From Holosporales bacterium (GTDB lineage: Bacteria > Pseudomonadota > Alphaproteobacteria > Paracaedibacterales > CANFPP01), in the NCBI GenBank assembly GCA_947449005.1, contig CANFPP010000002.1:30781-94780 (forward strand): a DNA stretch of 64,000 nt. The letters run 5' to 3'. Positions 17,432 to 27,043 of the stretch are shown in pieces. The position numbers and the translations under genes were made by a program. How positions within the stretch are numbered: position 1 is the first letter of the stretch; each line of letters begins with the position of its first letter. The notes under the pieces are model-generated. The model did no database searches and was not told where the DNA came from. It was given only the letters and a program-made list of their open reading frames with translations.

Positions 17432-20233
17432 ATGGATTATCGTAATACTGTGTTTCTCCCGAAAACAGATTTTCCCATGAAGGCAAATCTATCGAATCGT
17501 GAACCAGAGTTAATTAATTATTGGCAAGAAATCGATATTTACAAAAAGCTTCGCGAACAATCAAAGGGCCAGAAAAAGTTTATCCTTCATTTTGGTCCTC
17601 CCTATGCAAATGGCCATATTCATATTGGCCACGCCTTAACCGAAGTTTTGAAAGACGTTATCAATAAAACGTTTCAGATGCTCGGGTACGATGCGCCCAT
17701 GGTTCCAGGTTGGGATTGTCATGGTCTGCCAATTGAGTGGAAGATTGAGGAAGAATACCGAGCAAAGGGTATAGATAAAGACACAGTCGATGTTTTAGAG
17801 TTCCGCCAAGAATGCCGTGCTTCCGCTGCGAAATGGCTTGGTGTCCAAAGGGAGGAATTCCAGCGCCTTGGTATCATTGCCGATTGGAAAAACCCTTATT
17901 CAACGATGGATTTTTTAACAGAAGCGCGCATTGTTGAGCAACTAGGCATTTTCATTTTAAATGGCAGTCTTTATCGTGGTTTAAAGCCAGTTCTGTGGTC
18001 AGTTGTTGAAAAAACAGCACTCGCAGAGGCAGAAGTTGAATATCACGATCACACCAGTGATTCAGTCTATGTTGCTTTTCCAATTCAATCGACTGCAATC
18101 AGACAATTAAATGGTGCATTTGCTGTTATCTGGACAACAACGCCTTGGACATTGCCTGGTAACAGAGCAATTGCTTATGGTCCAGAATTTGAATATGTCG
18201 TTATTGATGTAAAATCGATTGGTAAAAAACTTTTAATTGCCAAAGATTTATTGGCAGATTTTCAAGCTCTGGTTGGCTTTGAAGATTGTCAAGTTCTCGC
18301 AACCTTAAAAGGTAGTGAATTAAAAGGAACAGTTTGTTCTCATCCTTTTAAAGGCAGTGGATATGACTTCGATGTTCCATTATTGCCAGGCGAACACGTA
18401 ACAATCGAAACAGGTACAGGGCTTGTGCACACAGCACCTGGTCATGGATTGGAAGACTTTGCCGTTGGCAAAGAGTTTGGCATAGAAGTGCCAGAAACTG
18501 TTCAAGGCGATGGCTTGTACTATCCTCATGTGCCTCTCTTTGCTGGCCAACATATCTTTAAAGCTAATGCATCTGTGATGAAAGAATTATCAGACAGGGG
18601 TTGTTTGCTGCATTCGAAAAAGATTTTACATAGTTACCCGCATTCATGGCGCTCAAAAGCTCCTTTGATTTACCGCACAACTGCTCAATGGTTTGTGAGT
18701 ATGGAAAAGAATGACCTACGGAAAAAGGCATTGTCAGCTATTGAACAGGTTGAGTGGTTCCCTACTCAGGGGCAAAATCGAATTCGCTCTATGATTCAAG
18801 ATCGTCCAGACTGGTGCTTGTCCAGACAACGAGCGTGGGGAACACCTATAACAATTTTTGTTCACAAAGAAACGGGTGAGGTTCTGCGGGACCCTGCAGT
18901 TCATGCCAGAATTGTCGATGCAATTGCTGCAGAGGGAGCGGATGCTTGGTACACAAGTGATGTTACGCGATTTTTAGGCAACGATTATAAATCAGAACAT
19001 TATGAAAAAGTAACAGACACCTTGGATGTGTGGTTTGACAGTGGTTGCTCGCATAGTTTTGTTCTAAAGCATAGAGAAGAGCTTTCTTGGCCAGCAGATG
19101 TTTATTTAGAAGGCTCAGATCAACATCGCGGTTGGTTCCAATCTTCTCTCTTGGAATCTTGTGGAACAACAGGGACTGCTCCTTACCGTCAGGTTATAAC
19201 GCATGGTTTTGTGTTAGACCAAAAGGGCTACAAGATGTCAAAATCACAAGGCAACGTTGTCGCGCCAGAAAAAGTCATTAATACTTTGGGGGCTGATTTA
19301 TTACGTCTCTGGATTGCTTCTTCAGATTATTCAGAAGATATGCGTATTGGGCCAGATATTCTAAAACATCAAGAAGATGTTTATCGTCGCTTACGCAATA
19401 CGCTCCGATATTTATTGGGTGCTCTTGCTGGGTTTTCTGAGGCTGAGAAAGTTGATTACAGTGATATGCCATCTCTTGAACGTTGGGTGTTGCATCGCTT
19501 GTCTGAATTGGGCGAACTTCATAAAACTTGCGTAGAGGAATATGATTTTCCTGCGTTTTATAATGCAATCCATACATTCTGTGCCGTTGATCTTTCGGCA
19601 TTTTATTTTGATATTCGCAAAGACTGTTTGTATTGCGATGAAGAAACTTCCCTGAAGAGACGATCTGCTCGAACAGTTATGAATCAAGTCTTTGTTTGCT
19701 TGACGCACTGGCTAGCGCCTGTTCTAAGCTTTACGGCTGAAGAAGCGTGGCTAAGTTATAATGGTGGAAAAGAACGCGGAAGTATTCATCTGCAAAAATT
19801 TCCTGAGTTAGCTCCAAATTGGCACGATGTTAAGTTGGACAAACATTGGGACATTATTAGAGATGTTCGCAAAGTTATTACCGGCGCTTTGGAAATTGAA
19901 CGTTCCGCAAAAACCATTGGATCCAGTTTGCAAGCTGAGGTTGCTGTTTACGTGACAATAGAGATTGCTGCAGAGTTTAAGCATGTGGATCTTGCTGAAT
20001 TGTCAATAACATCAGATGCGACTCTGGTTATTGCTCAACCACCTGCGGGTGCTTTTATGCTTGATGAGGTAAAAGATGTTGGAGTAATTGTGAATCCTGC
20101 CAAAGGTGAAAAATGTGAGCGTTGTTGGAAAGTTTCACCAGATGTCGGTGCTGTAGATTCTGCAAAAGTTCATTCGAACCTTTGTACTCGTTGTCATGAT
20201 GTCGTGTCGAAACAATGCGTAGCAGCAGCATGA
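17432..20233 (+). CDS. ileS: Isoleucine--tRNA ligase
   Basis: 933 aa. HIGH motif (PYANGHIHIGHAL), KMSKS motif (YKMSKSQGN) and a C-terminal Zn-finger (CERCW...CTRC). Confidence 0.97.
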   Translation: MDYRNTVFLPKTDFPMKANLSNREPELINYWQEIDIYKKLREQSKGQKKFILHFGPPYANGHIHIGHALTEVLKDVINKTFQMLGYDAPMVPGWDCHGLPIEWKIEEEYRAKGIDKDTVDVLEFRQECRASAAKWLGVQREEFQRLGIIADWKNPYSTMDFLTEARIVEQLGIFILNGSLYRGLKPVLWSVVEKTALAEAEVEYHDHTSDSVYVAFPIQSTAIRQLNGAFAVIWTTTPWTLPGNRAIAYGPEFEYVVIDVKSIGKKLLIAKDLLADFQALVGFEDCQVLATLKGSELKGTVCSHPFKGSGYDFDVPLLPGEHVTIETGTGLVHTAPGHGLEDFAVGKEFGIEVPETVQGDGLYYPHVPLFAGQHIFKANASVMKELSDRGCLLHSKKILHSYPHSWRSKAPLIYRTTAQWFVSMEKNDLRKKALSAIEQVEWFPTQGQNRIRSMIQDRPDWCLSRQRAWGTPITIFVHKETGEVLRDPAVHARIVDAIAAEGADAWYTSDVTRFLGNDYKSEHYEKVTDTLDVWFDSGCSHSFVLKHREELSWPADVYLEGSDQHRGWFQSSLLESCGTTGTAPYRQVITHGFVLDQKGYKMSKSQGNVVAPEKVINTLGADLLRLWIASSDYSEDMRIGPDILKHQEDVYRRLRNTLRYLLGALAGFSEAEKVDYSDMPSLERWVLHRLSELGELHKTCVEEYDFPAFYNAIHTFCAVDLSAFYFDIRKDCLYCDEETSLKRRSARTVMNQVFVCLTHWLAPVLSFTAEEAWLSYNGGKERGSIHLQKFPELAPNWHDVKLDKHWDIIRDVRKVITGALEIERSAKTIGSSLQAEVAVYVTIEIAAEFKHVDLAELSITSDATLVIAQPPAGAFMLDEVKDVGVIVNPAKGEKCERCWKVSPDVGAVDSAKVHSNLCTRCHDVVSKQCVAAA

Positions 20234-20724
20234 CTACCGTAAAATGTTTGCAGGCTTTATGGGGCTGGGGAGTGGCGCTGATTGTTTTTGGCGCTGATCA
20301 AGTTAGTAAATGGTTTGTCATCAAACAGTTCTTTGATTCATCAAAACCAATTGTGGTAACAAGCTTTTTTAATTTAGTTATCACCTGGAACTCTGGGGTT
20401 AGTTTTGGACTGTTTCCAGCTAATAGTGATTATGGTATTGTGTTTCTTTCGTTAGTAGCTATTACGCTATCTGGTGTTATTATTAGATGGATGTATCAAG
20501 CGCAATCCTGTTTACTAATTTGTAGTTATGGGTTAATCCTTGGAGGAGCCATGGGAAATTTAATGGATCGCTTTCGCTTTGGTGCGGTTGCAGATTTTTT
20601 AGATTTTCATTTTTGGAATTATCATTGGTACACCTTTAACATTGCAGATAGTGCGATTGTTCTGGGTGTGTTTGTAATTCTATTAACGCAAAAACCCTGG
20701 CAACCTGATAAAAACTTTAAATGA
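20215..20724 (+). CDS. lspA: Lipoprotein signal peptidase II
   Basis: GADQVSKW, WNSGVSFG, GGAMGNLMDR, VADFLDF and FNIADSAI are the conserved LspA boxes. It follows ileS, as is usual. Confidence 0.9.
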   Translation: MRSSSMTTVKCLQALWGWGVALIVFGADQVSKWFVIKQFFDSSKPIVVTSFFNLVITWNSGVSFGLFPANSDYGIVFLSLVAITLSGVIIRWMYQAQSCLLICSYGLILGGAMGNLMDRFRFGAVADFLDFHFWNYHWYTFNIADSAIVLGVFVILLTQKPWQPDKNFK

Positions 20725-21254
20725 GTAGTGTTCACAGCATCATGATTAAGCGCATTTTATTACCCTTATCCTTGTTATCCAGTACCTTACTTTTGACAGG
20801 ATGTGATTCCGTTCGTAATACCTTTGGTTTAGATCATTATCAACCTAATGAAATGGATGTTTCTAATCATCCTCCTTTAAGTCTTCCAAAAGATTTTAAA
20901 TTACGTCCTCCTGTGACTGGTGGTAATAACGTGGTTGCGCCCGGTGCTGTTTCGTCTTCAACACAAGCTCAAAAAGTGTTGTTGGGTGATGCAACACAGG
21001 CTACAGGAAAAACGGGCAATGCTTCTGAGTCAGCCTTGTTAAATCAAGCAAGTGGAAACCAATCAGCTCCAGCTGATATTCGCAAACTTGTTGATAGTGA
21101 AGCAGCTGTTGATGGTAATGTTTCTGATTCTCTAATGGGTCGAATCTTATCTTGGAAAGAAGAAGCAGCAAAGAATTTTGGTTCAATTTCCTCTGATGCC
21201 GCTAAAGCAGAAACTCTTCAGAAAACTGAAGCTACGGCCGCTAAACCATCTTAA
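20721..21254 (+). CDS. Lipoprotein (DUF3035-like, commonly found downstream of lspA in alphaproteobacteria)
   Basis: Lipobox LLLTGCDS, followed by a low-complexity sequence. Confidence 0.45.
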   Translation: MSSVHSIMIKRILLPLSLLSSTLLLTGCDSVRNTFGLDHYQPNEMDVSNHPPLSLPKDFKLRPPVTGGNNVVAPGAVSSSTQAQKVLLGDATQATGKTGNASESALLNQASGNQSAPADIRKLVDSEAAVDGNVSDSLMGRILSWKEEAAKNFGSISSDAAKAETLQKTEATAAKPS

Positions 21255-21268
21255 AGAATTATTAGGTT

Positions 21269-22711
21269 ATGATTAAATATTTTACCTTATTTATCGCTAT
21301 GCTCTCCCTGACTTTGGGAGCTGCAGATTGTTTGGCCGCTAAGTCTAAACTTAAGAAAAAAGTTCCAGCAGTTCCTGTTGCAAAAGTTAAGGTTGTGAAG
21401 CCACCTGTTATTGTTGAAGAAGCAAAAATAGCTCCAACCAATATTAATGTTAAAGAATTAAAGTCACCTGAAGGATTCAAGTTCTGGTTCGTTCAAAACA
21501 ACGATATTCCTGTTGTGACTGTAACTATTTCTTTTCAAAATTCTGGAAAGAAAAGCTCTCCTAAAGGTCTTTCAGGCTTGGTAACATTATTGGCCTCAAC
21601 TTTAGATGAAGGGGCAGGGGATTATAACAGTCAGCAATTTAAGAAAATATTGCTTGAGAAAAATATTCAGCTCTTTATCGATGCATCTCAAGATGATTTT
21701 ACAATTACGTTTCGTACTGTAAAAGAGAGAGCAGCGGATGCTTTTAATCTTATTAAATTAATTTTAACGCAACCTCGTTTCGATTCTGAGCAATTACAAA
21801 CCGTGAAAGATCAAATCATCTCTGCGGCAAGTCAATCGTTACATGATGAAAACTCAATTGCTGGTGAAGCTTTAACAGTACATCTTATAGCTGCGCCTCA
21901 TCCTTATATTAAGAAAACTAAGGAAGTTATTGAAGAAATTGTAAAGGTTGAGGCGACTCACCTAAGGGAATATCTCAAAGATTATTTTGCTAAAGATAAT
22001 ATCGTGATTTCAGCGGCAGGAAAAATATCTGCAGCAGAATTAGGAAAGTATATTGACCAAACTTTCTCGAACTTCCCAGAAAAGTCAAAATCATGTGATA
22101 TTAAAGATGTTGTTTTTCAGAACTTAGGTTCAACAAAAGAAATCTCTTTAGATATTCCTCAAAGTGTCATTCTTTTTCTACAGCCCGGTGTTAAAAGAGA
22201 TGATCCAGATTTTTATGCAGCTTACATGCTTAATGTGATCTTAGGCGGCAATCAACTAGGTTCCCGATTATTTGATGAAGTTAGAGAGAAAAGAGGGCTT
22301 GTTTATGGTTGCTCAAGCGATCTTGTTTGGTCAGATCACATGAGTTACATCATTGGAGGTACAGCAACGAATACTGAGAGTGTTGATGAAACGATTAAGG
22401 TCATTCGTGAGGTATGGGATCATCTTGCAAGCAAAGGTGTTACGACAAAAGAATTAACACTTTATAAAAGATACCTCACAGGATCTTATGCCTTACGTTT
22501 TAGCTCAACTCTTGGAATAGTTTCGTTGTTAACGCATTTGCAGCTTGATAAAATTCCAGTAGATTTTATTAATAAGCGAAATGAAATCCTTGATAAACTT
22601 ACAGTTGAAGATATCAATCGCGTTGCTAAAAAAATACTTCACTCTGAACAACTTGCTTTCGTTGTAGTTGGCAGAGGAAAAGTTTTAAAAGAAGCAGAGA
22701 AACATCAATGA
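21269..22711 (+). CDS. M16-family peptidase homolog lacking the zinc-binding motif (probable non-catalytic partner)
   Basis: Signal peptide and M16 fold-like sequence. The position of HxxEH reads GLVTLLASTLDEGAG. Confidence 0.75.
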   Translation: MIKYFTLFIAMLSLTLGAADCLAAKSKLKKKVPAVPVAKVKVVKPPVIVEEAKIAPTNINVKELKSPEGFKFWFVQNNDIPVVTVTISFQNSGKKSSPKGLSGLVTLLASTLDEGAGDYNSQQFKKILLEKNIQLFIDASQDDFTITFRTVKERAADAFNLIKLILTQPRFDSEQLQTVKDQIISAASQSLHDENSIAGEALTVHLIAAPHPYIKKTKEVIEEIVKVEATHLREYLKDYFAKDNIVISAAGKISAAELGKYIDQTFSNFPEKSKSCDIKDVVFQNLGSTKEISLDIPQSVILFLQPGVKRDDPDFYAAYMLNVILGGNQLGSRLFDEVREKRGLVYGCSSDLVWSDHMSYIIGGTATNTESVDETIKVIREVWDHLASKGVTTKELTLYKRYLTGSYALRFSSTLGIVSLLTHLQLDKIPVDFINKRNEILDKLTVEDINRVAKKILHSEQLAFVVVGRGKVLKEAEKHQ

Positions 22712-24126
22712 AAATTCAGACTCTTTTTAAAAGATTAAAGCTTGTTTCTTGTTTGAGTTTGGTTTTTGTTAGCCAAGCAATAGCAGGTATTTTTAACCCA
22801 GAAACTTTTACGTTACCAAATGGGCTGCAGGTTGTTTTTATACAAAATCATATGGCACCAGTTGTTTCAGTCAGTGTTTGCTATAAAATTGGCACGGCTG
22901 ATGATCCTGTGGGAAAGACAGGAATTTCACATTTTCTAGAACATCTAATGTTTAAGGGAACGAAAACTGTTTCAGGAGATGAGTTTAAAAAATCTGTTCT
23001 TCGAAACGGTGGAGTATTTAATGCTCTTACAGGTTCAGATTATACAGTTTATGAATCAGCTATTTCGACTCAGTATTTGGATCTCATTCTAAGACTTGAA
23101 GCAGATCGTATGCAGAATCTGAATTTCAGCAAAGAAGATGTTCACTCTGAGCTTAAGGTTGTGTTGGAAGAGCGTTTAATGAGGCTTGATAACAATCCAT
23201 TAGGCCAGGCTTATGAAGCATTGTTACGCTCTCTTTATTGGCATCATATGTATGGTATTCCTGCAATTGGTTATCCATATCATATCAAAGGATATACTTA
23301 TGAAGATGCGCTTTCACACTACCGTACATGGTATGCTCCGAATAATGCCTTTTTAGTTATTTCAGGTGACGTGAAACTTGAGACTTTAAAACCACTAGTA
23401 GAAAAATATTTTAACGCAATTCCATCAAGAGAAATTCCTGTCAAGAATCGAACTCCCGAACCGAGCCATGCTGGTATAACGACACATTTAGAGCAAGAAA
23501 ATGCACGTCATTCCTTGGTGAGTGTGTATTCTTATTTTGAGGCCCCCAATTTCCGCATGGGTAAGACTGAGAATTTTTATCCTCTGATTGCCTTATCCCA
23601 AATCTTAGGTGGAAATGAGACTGCAAGGCTTTATCGTGTTTTGGTTGAAGAGCAGAAGATTGCTGTAAAGGTAAGTTGTTCTTATGAGAGCTCCTCATTT
23701 GATCCAGAGCCTTTTTCTGTAGAAATTACTCTTGCGCCAAATGTTAAATTGGAAACTGCAAAAAAAGCTCTTGAGTCTCTTCTTAAAGATATTGCTACAA
23801 AAGGGGTTACTGCTGAAGAGCTGGAAAACTGCAAGAGAGATATAATTGCTACATTGGCTTTTGCTCGTGATGGAAATGATACAAGTGTTGCGGCTTTCTA
23901 TGACTTAGCTGTTGGATTTACGATCGAAGATATTGAAACCTGGCCTGATAAAATAAAGGCACTTACGGTAGAGCAAGTGAACCAGGCTGCAAAAGATGTT
24001 TTGGGAGCTGCGCCAATTGTAACCCTGACAACTTACCCACAAGGATATCGCCAACAACACGAGCAGGTTGCTCAGAAAAGCGATAAAACCTGGTGGCAGA
24101 AATTACAAAATAGAATAGGTCTCTAA
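22708..24126 (+). CDS. M16-family zinc metallopeptidase (pitrilysin-like, catalytic)
   Basis: Inverted zinc motif HFLEH (ISHFLEHLMFKGT) with downstream E residues (VVLEERLMR). It overlaps the preceding M16 gene by 4 nt. Confidence 0.85.
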   Translation: MKIQTLFKRLKLVSCLSLVFVSQAIAGIFNPETFTLPNGLQVVFIQNHMAPVVSVSVCYKIGTADDPVGKTGISHFLEHLMFKGTKTVSGDEFKKSVLRNGGVFNALTGSDYTVYESAISTQYLDLILRLEADRMQNLNFSKEDVHSELKVVLEERLMRLDNNPLGQAYEALLRSLYWHHMYGIPAIGYPYHIKGYTYEDALSHYRTWYAPNNAFLVISGDVKLETLKPLVEKYFNAIPSREIPVKNRTPEPSHAGITTHLEQENARHSLVSVYSYFEAPNFRMGKTENFYPLIALSQILGGNETARLYRVLVEEQKIAVKVSCSYESSSFDPEPFSVEITLAPNVKLETAKKALESLLKDIATKGVTAEELENCKRDIIATLAFARDGNDTSVAAFYDLAVGFTIEDIETWPDKIKALTVEQVNQAAKDVLGAAPIVTLTTYPQGYRQQHEQVAQKSDKTWWQKLQNRIGL

Positions 24127-25364
24127 TGCATTTCTACATTCAAGATATTGAGGGTATTGAGTTCTCTATTGAAAATTGGAAGGCTGGAAAAGCTTTTTCT
24201 CACCTAAGCGAACTTCGTCAATCTTTGCCTCTATTTAAGGAATTAGAAGACGATAGTTTTATTGACGATCTAGATTCTGTTGTTGAAAGATACCGTGCTT
24301 TTGATGATGTTGTGATTTTAGGGACAGGAGGTTCAAGCCTTGGGGGACAAGCTGTTCTTGCCTTAGGTCAACATCCTGGAATCCATTTTATTGACAACAT
24401 TGATTCCTATACCTTTGCAAATCTTTTAGCAAAGCTTGATCCCAATAAAACTGGCTTTATTGCTATTTCTAAATCTGGTGGTACTGCAGAAACTCTTGTG
24501 CAACTTCTGACATGTTTACAATGGTTTAATGTGACTGCAAATAAAATTTCCGACCACTTTTTGGTAATCAGTGAAGTTGGAAATAGTGCTTTGCGTCATA
24601 TTGCTGAAACGTATTCAATTCCCTGTCTAGACCATCCTTTGGGAATTGGTGGACGATATGCCGCCTTTACGATTGTTGGCATGTTACCCGCTTTAATTGC
24701 AGGATTAGATGCACGAGCTCTACGCCAAGGCGCAAGAGATGTGTTAGCTCAGCTTGATTCTGATCATTTGGCGGAATCTTTCGCGCCAATTGTTGGGGCT
24801 GTTATTGCCGCTGAGTTAAATTCAAAAGGCTATAATCAATCAATTCTAATGCCCTACATTGACCGCCTTCAGACCTTCTCTAGTTGGTATTGCCAGCTAT
24901 GGGCTGAAAGTCTTGGAAAAGTTACCAAAGAGGGCAAGGCTTTCGGAATAACACCGGTACGTGCATTGGGGGCTGTTGATCAGCACTCACAATTGCAGCT
25001 TTATCTTGATGGTCCTCGTGACAAAATTATGACTCTCATTGTTTTAGAACAGCAAACTCCTCTAGAAAAACTATCTATTAGCTCATTGACACATCACGCT
25101 TTGCAAGATTTTATCGGCACAACAATGGGCGATTTATTGCTAGCGGAACAAAAGGCAACGATTGATGTCTTAAGAAATCGGGGCTGCCCCACACGCGTGA
25201 TTCGTCTGAAGTGCTTGAATGAATCTGTTCTCGGCGCCTTGATGATGCACTTTATCTTAGAGACACTTGCAACCGCTTACCTTGCTGAAGTAGATCCTTT
25301 CGATCAACCCGCAGTTGAACAAGGTAAACTCCTAGCAATGGAATACTTAGTTAGAGGAAAATAG
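24126..25364 (+). CDS. pgi: Glucose-6-phosphate isomerase (short form)
   Basis: ILGTGGSSLGGQA, ISKSGGTAETL and GGRYAAFT are SIS/PGI motifs. 412 aa. Confidence 0.85.
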   Translation: MHFYIQDIEGIEFSIENWKAGKAFSHLSELRQSLPLFKELEDDSFIDDLDSVVERYRAFDDVVILGTGGSSLGGQAVLALGQHPGIHFIDNIDSYTFANLLAKLDPNKTGFIAISKSGGTAETLVQLLTCLQWFNVTANKISDHFLVISEVGNSALRHIAETYSIPCLDHPLGIGGRYAAFTIVGMLPALIAGLDARALRQGARDVLAQLDSDHLAESFAPIVGAVIAAELNSKGYNQSILMPYIDRLQTFSSWYCQLWAESLGKVTKEGKAFGITPVRALGAVDQHSQLQLYLDGPRDKIMTLIVLEQQTPLEKLSISSLTHHALQDFIGTTMGDLLLAEQKATIDVLRNRGCPTRVIRLKCLNESVLGALMMHFILETLATAYLAEVDPFDQPAVEQGKLLAMEYLVRGK

Positions 25365-25458
25365 TTTATGCAGTGCGCAAGTTCTTTAGTAAAATAAATT
25401 AATGCTTATTGAGTCCATCAATCCCGAATGGAAAGATTTATATGCAGATATTGTTTAA

Positions 25459-25506
25459 CTGGATGGCCACACACCTACGGTGCTCGCCATGACGCAGTGG
25501 TGAGAA
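25459..25506 (+). repeat. R-unit (REP-like repeat of about 45 nt), solo copy
   Basis: ctggatggccacacacctacggtgctcgccatgacgcagtggtgagaa matches the copies at 41666, 41770(rc), 57841(rc) and 57924. Confidence 0.8.
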
Positions 25507-25818
25507 CGAACTTTCGCTACATTAGATTAGATCTCTCGCAAAACCTCAGGAATTCTGACTTCAACAGTGCACAGTATAGCAACTACTTCAGCTCACGAGT
25601 TCTTGTTACCTAAACTGATGGTAGTGCGAGATTATCATTTAGTTCTTTCCGTGTTGCTTAAAAATCTATCTGCTTAAGAAAGATTCTAATAACGACATTC
25701 GCGAATCGCGAATCAAGAATAATTAATCTTCATCTTTAACTATAGGATGGGTTGATTTATCCGCGCTAATTTGAGATTATCTGCTCAAAATATTGTCCCG
25801 TCATTCTGAGAGGGAAAC

Positions 25819-26979
25819 ATGAAAAATTATCTCAAGCTTTTTTTTGGTGCATTGTACTTAGTTTGCGTTGGACTATTTTTTGTGGGTAAAAGTTACTCTG
25901 CAAATCAAGATGTGGATGTTTTATTTTGCTGCTATGACTTAGGCGATTCGCATCCAATGCAGCGGGTTATGAAAGATCTTGAGGAGCAAGGAATTTCTTA
26001 CAAAGTTTTAGCTTTAGGAAAAGCACTTGAAGTTTTTACCTCAAACACTCTCAATCTAGATTTGCTAGATGTCAAATCTGACAGAGAACAAGCCTTAGAT
26101 ACCACTCATCTTAAATTGATAGAAGATGCTGTTAGACCCAAAATTGTTATTACAGGAATGGCCTCAGTAGTACAAGCTCAAGTTCTAAATTTATTTAAGG
26201 AAAAGCAAGCTTACGCGATTGCGTTTTATGATAATTTTGATACCGTTGAAACGGCTGAATATGCTCAGGCTTTCTTAAGGAGAGTTGAGCAAATAGATGA
26301 ATATTTTATTCCCTCAGAGGCAACGCTACCAGGATTTCAGAAACTAGAGAAAACAAAGCATTCAAAATTAAGCATTTTTGGTCAGCCGATTCTAGAAAAT
26401 TGGGACGATGTATTTTCTAAAACGAATAAAGAAGAATTGCGTCAAAAGTTGGATGTGGGATCGCAAGACCAAGTGCTTTTGTTTGCAGGAGATTGCAACA
26501 ATACATATCAACAGTATTTCAGAATCTTTGTAAAAGGAGTTGGGGCTTTTAATAATCCTAACCTAAAAGTCTTCGTAACGTATCACCCCAAAACAGATGG
26601 ATCATTTGAAAGATCGGTAGTTGAGGAAGAAAAAATCCCTAACATCAGAATCATTGATACCAAAGAATTTTCGACAACACAAATTGCAACCATCGCCAAT
26701 GCTTTTGCATGTCATAAATCTTCCATGGGGATTCAGGCTCTTTATGTTGGGTTGCCGGTTGTTTACGTTGTGGAAAGTGGTGAAGTTCGCAACTTTGCTA
26801 TCCAACAAGGTATCGCGATACAAGTTGAAAGTGCGGCTGATTTAAGTTCCGCATTAGACAGAATACTTAAAACGGCAAATCGTAATCAGTCTCCAGTACA
26901 GCAGAGTCTTGGTATTCCTAAAAACGCAACAGCAAGAATGGTTACGCATATAAAGGAACTTCTAGCAAAAAAAGTGTAG
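25819..26979 (+). CDS. Membrane-anchored or secreted protein with possible GT-B glycosyltransferase-like architecture. Function unknown.
   Basis: N-terminal hydrophobic segment. The C-terminal half (VLLFAGD..., KVFVTYHPK, ACHKSSMGIQALYVGLPVVYV) resembles the nucleotide-sugar-binding half of MurG/MGDG-synthase-type enzymes. This is a weak call. Confidence 0.35.
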   Translation: MKNYLKLFFGALYLVCVGLFFVGKSYSANQDVDVLFCCYDLGDSHPMQRVMKDLEEQGISYKVLALGKALEVFTSNTLNLDLLDVKSDREQALDTTHLKLIEDAVRPKIVITGMASVVQAQVLNLFKEKQAYAIAFYDNFDTVETAEYAQAFLRRVEQIDEYFIPSEATLPGFQKLEKTKHSKLSIFGQPILENWDDVFSKTNKEELRQKLDVGSQDQVLLFAGDCNNTYQQYFRIFVKGVGAFNNPNLKVFVTYHPKTDGSFERSVVEEEKIPNIRIIDTKEFSTTQIATIANAFACHKSSMGIQALYVGLPVVYVVESGEVRNFAIQQGIAIQVESAADLSSALDRILKTANRNQSPVQQSLGIPKNATARMVTHIKELLAKKV

Positions 26980-27043
26980 GATTTCTTAGGTTTGACAATA
27001 ATCAAACGATAACGTACCCTAACTATTATAATTTCAAATTAGT

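Noticed and set aside
25428-25613. Track ORFs 25428..25613, 41630..41881, 41742..41930 and 57741..57935 were considered as small proteins.
   Set aside because: Each is largely the translation of an R-unit repeat (for example GWPHTYGARHDAV, DDHAPVVFAMTAV, LDGHAPLVLDMTA). They lack RBS support and lie in repeat-filled intergenic DNA.
25698-25714. The tandem/palindromic ttcgcgaa-tcgcgaa-tc was considered as a regulatory site upstream of 25819.
   Set aside because: It is only 17 nt, occurs once, and is more than 100 bp from the start codon. That is too little evidence for a call.
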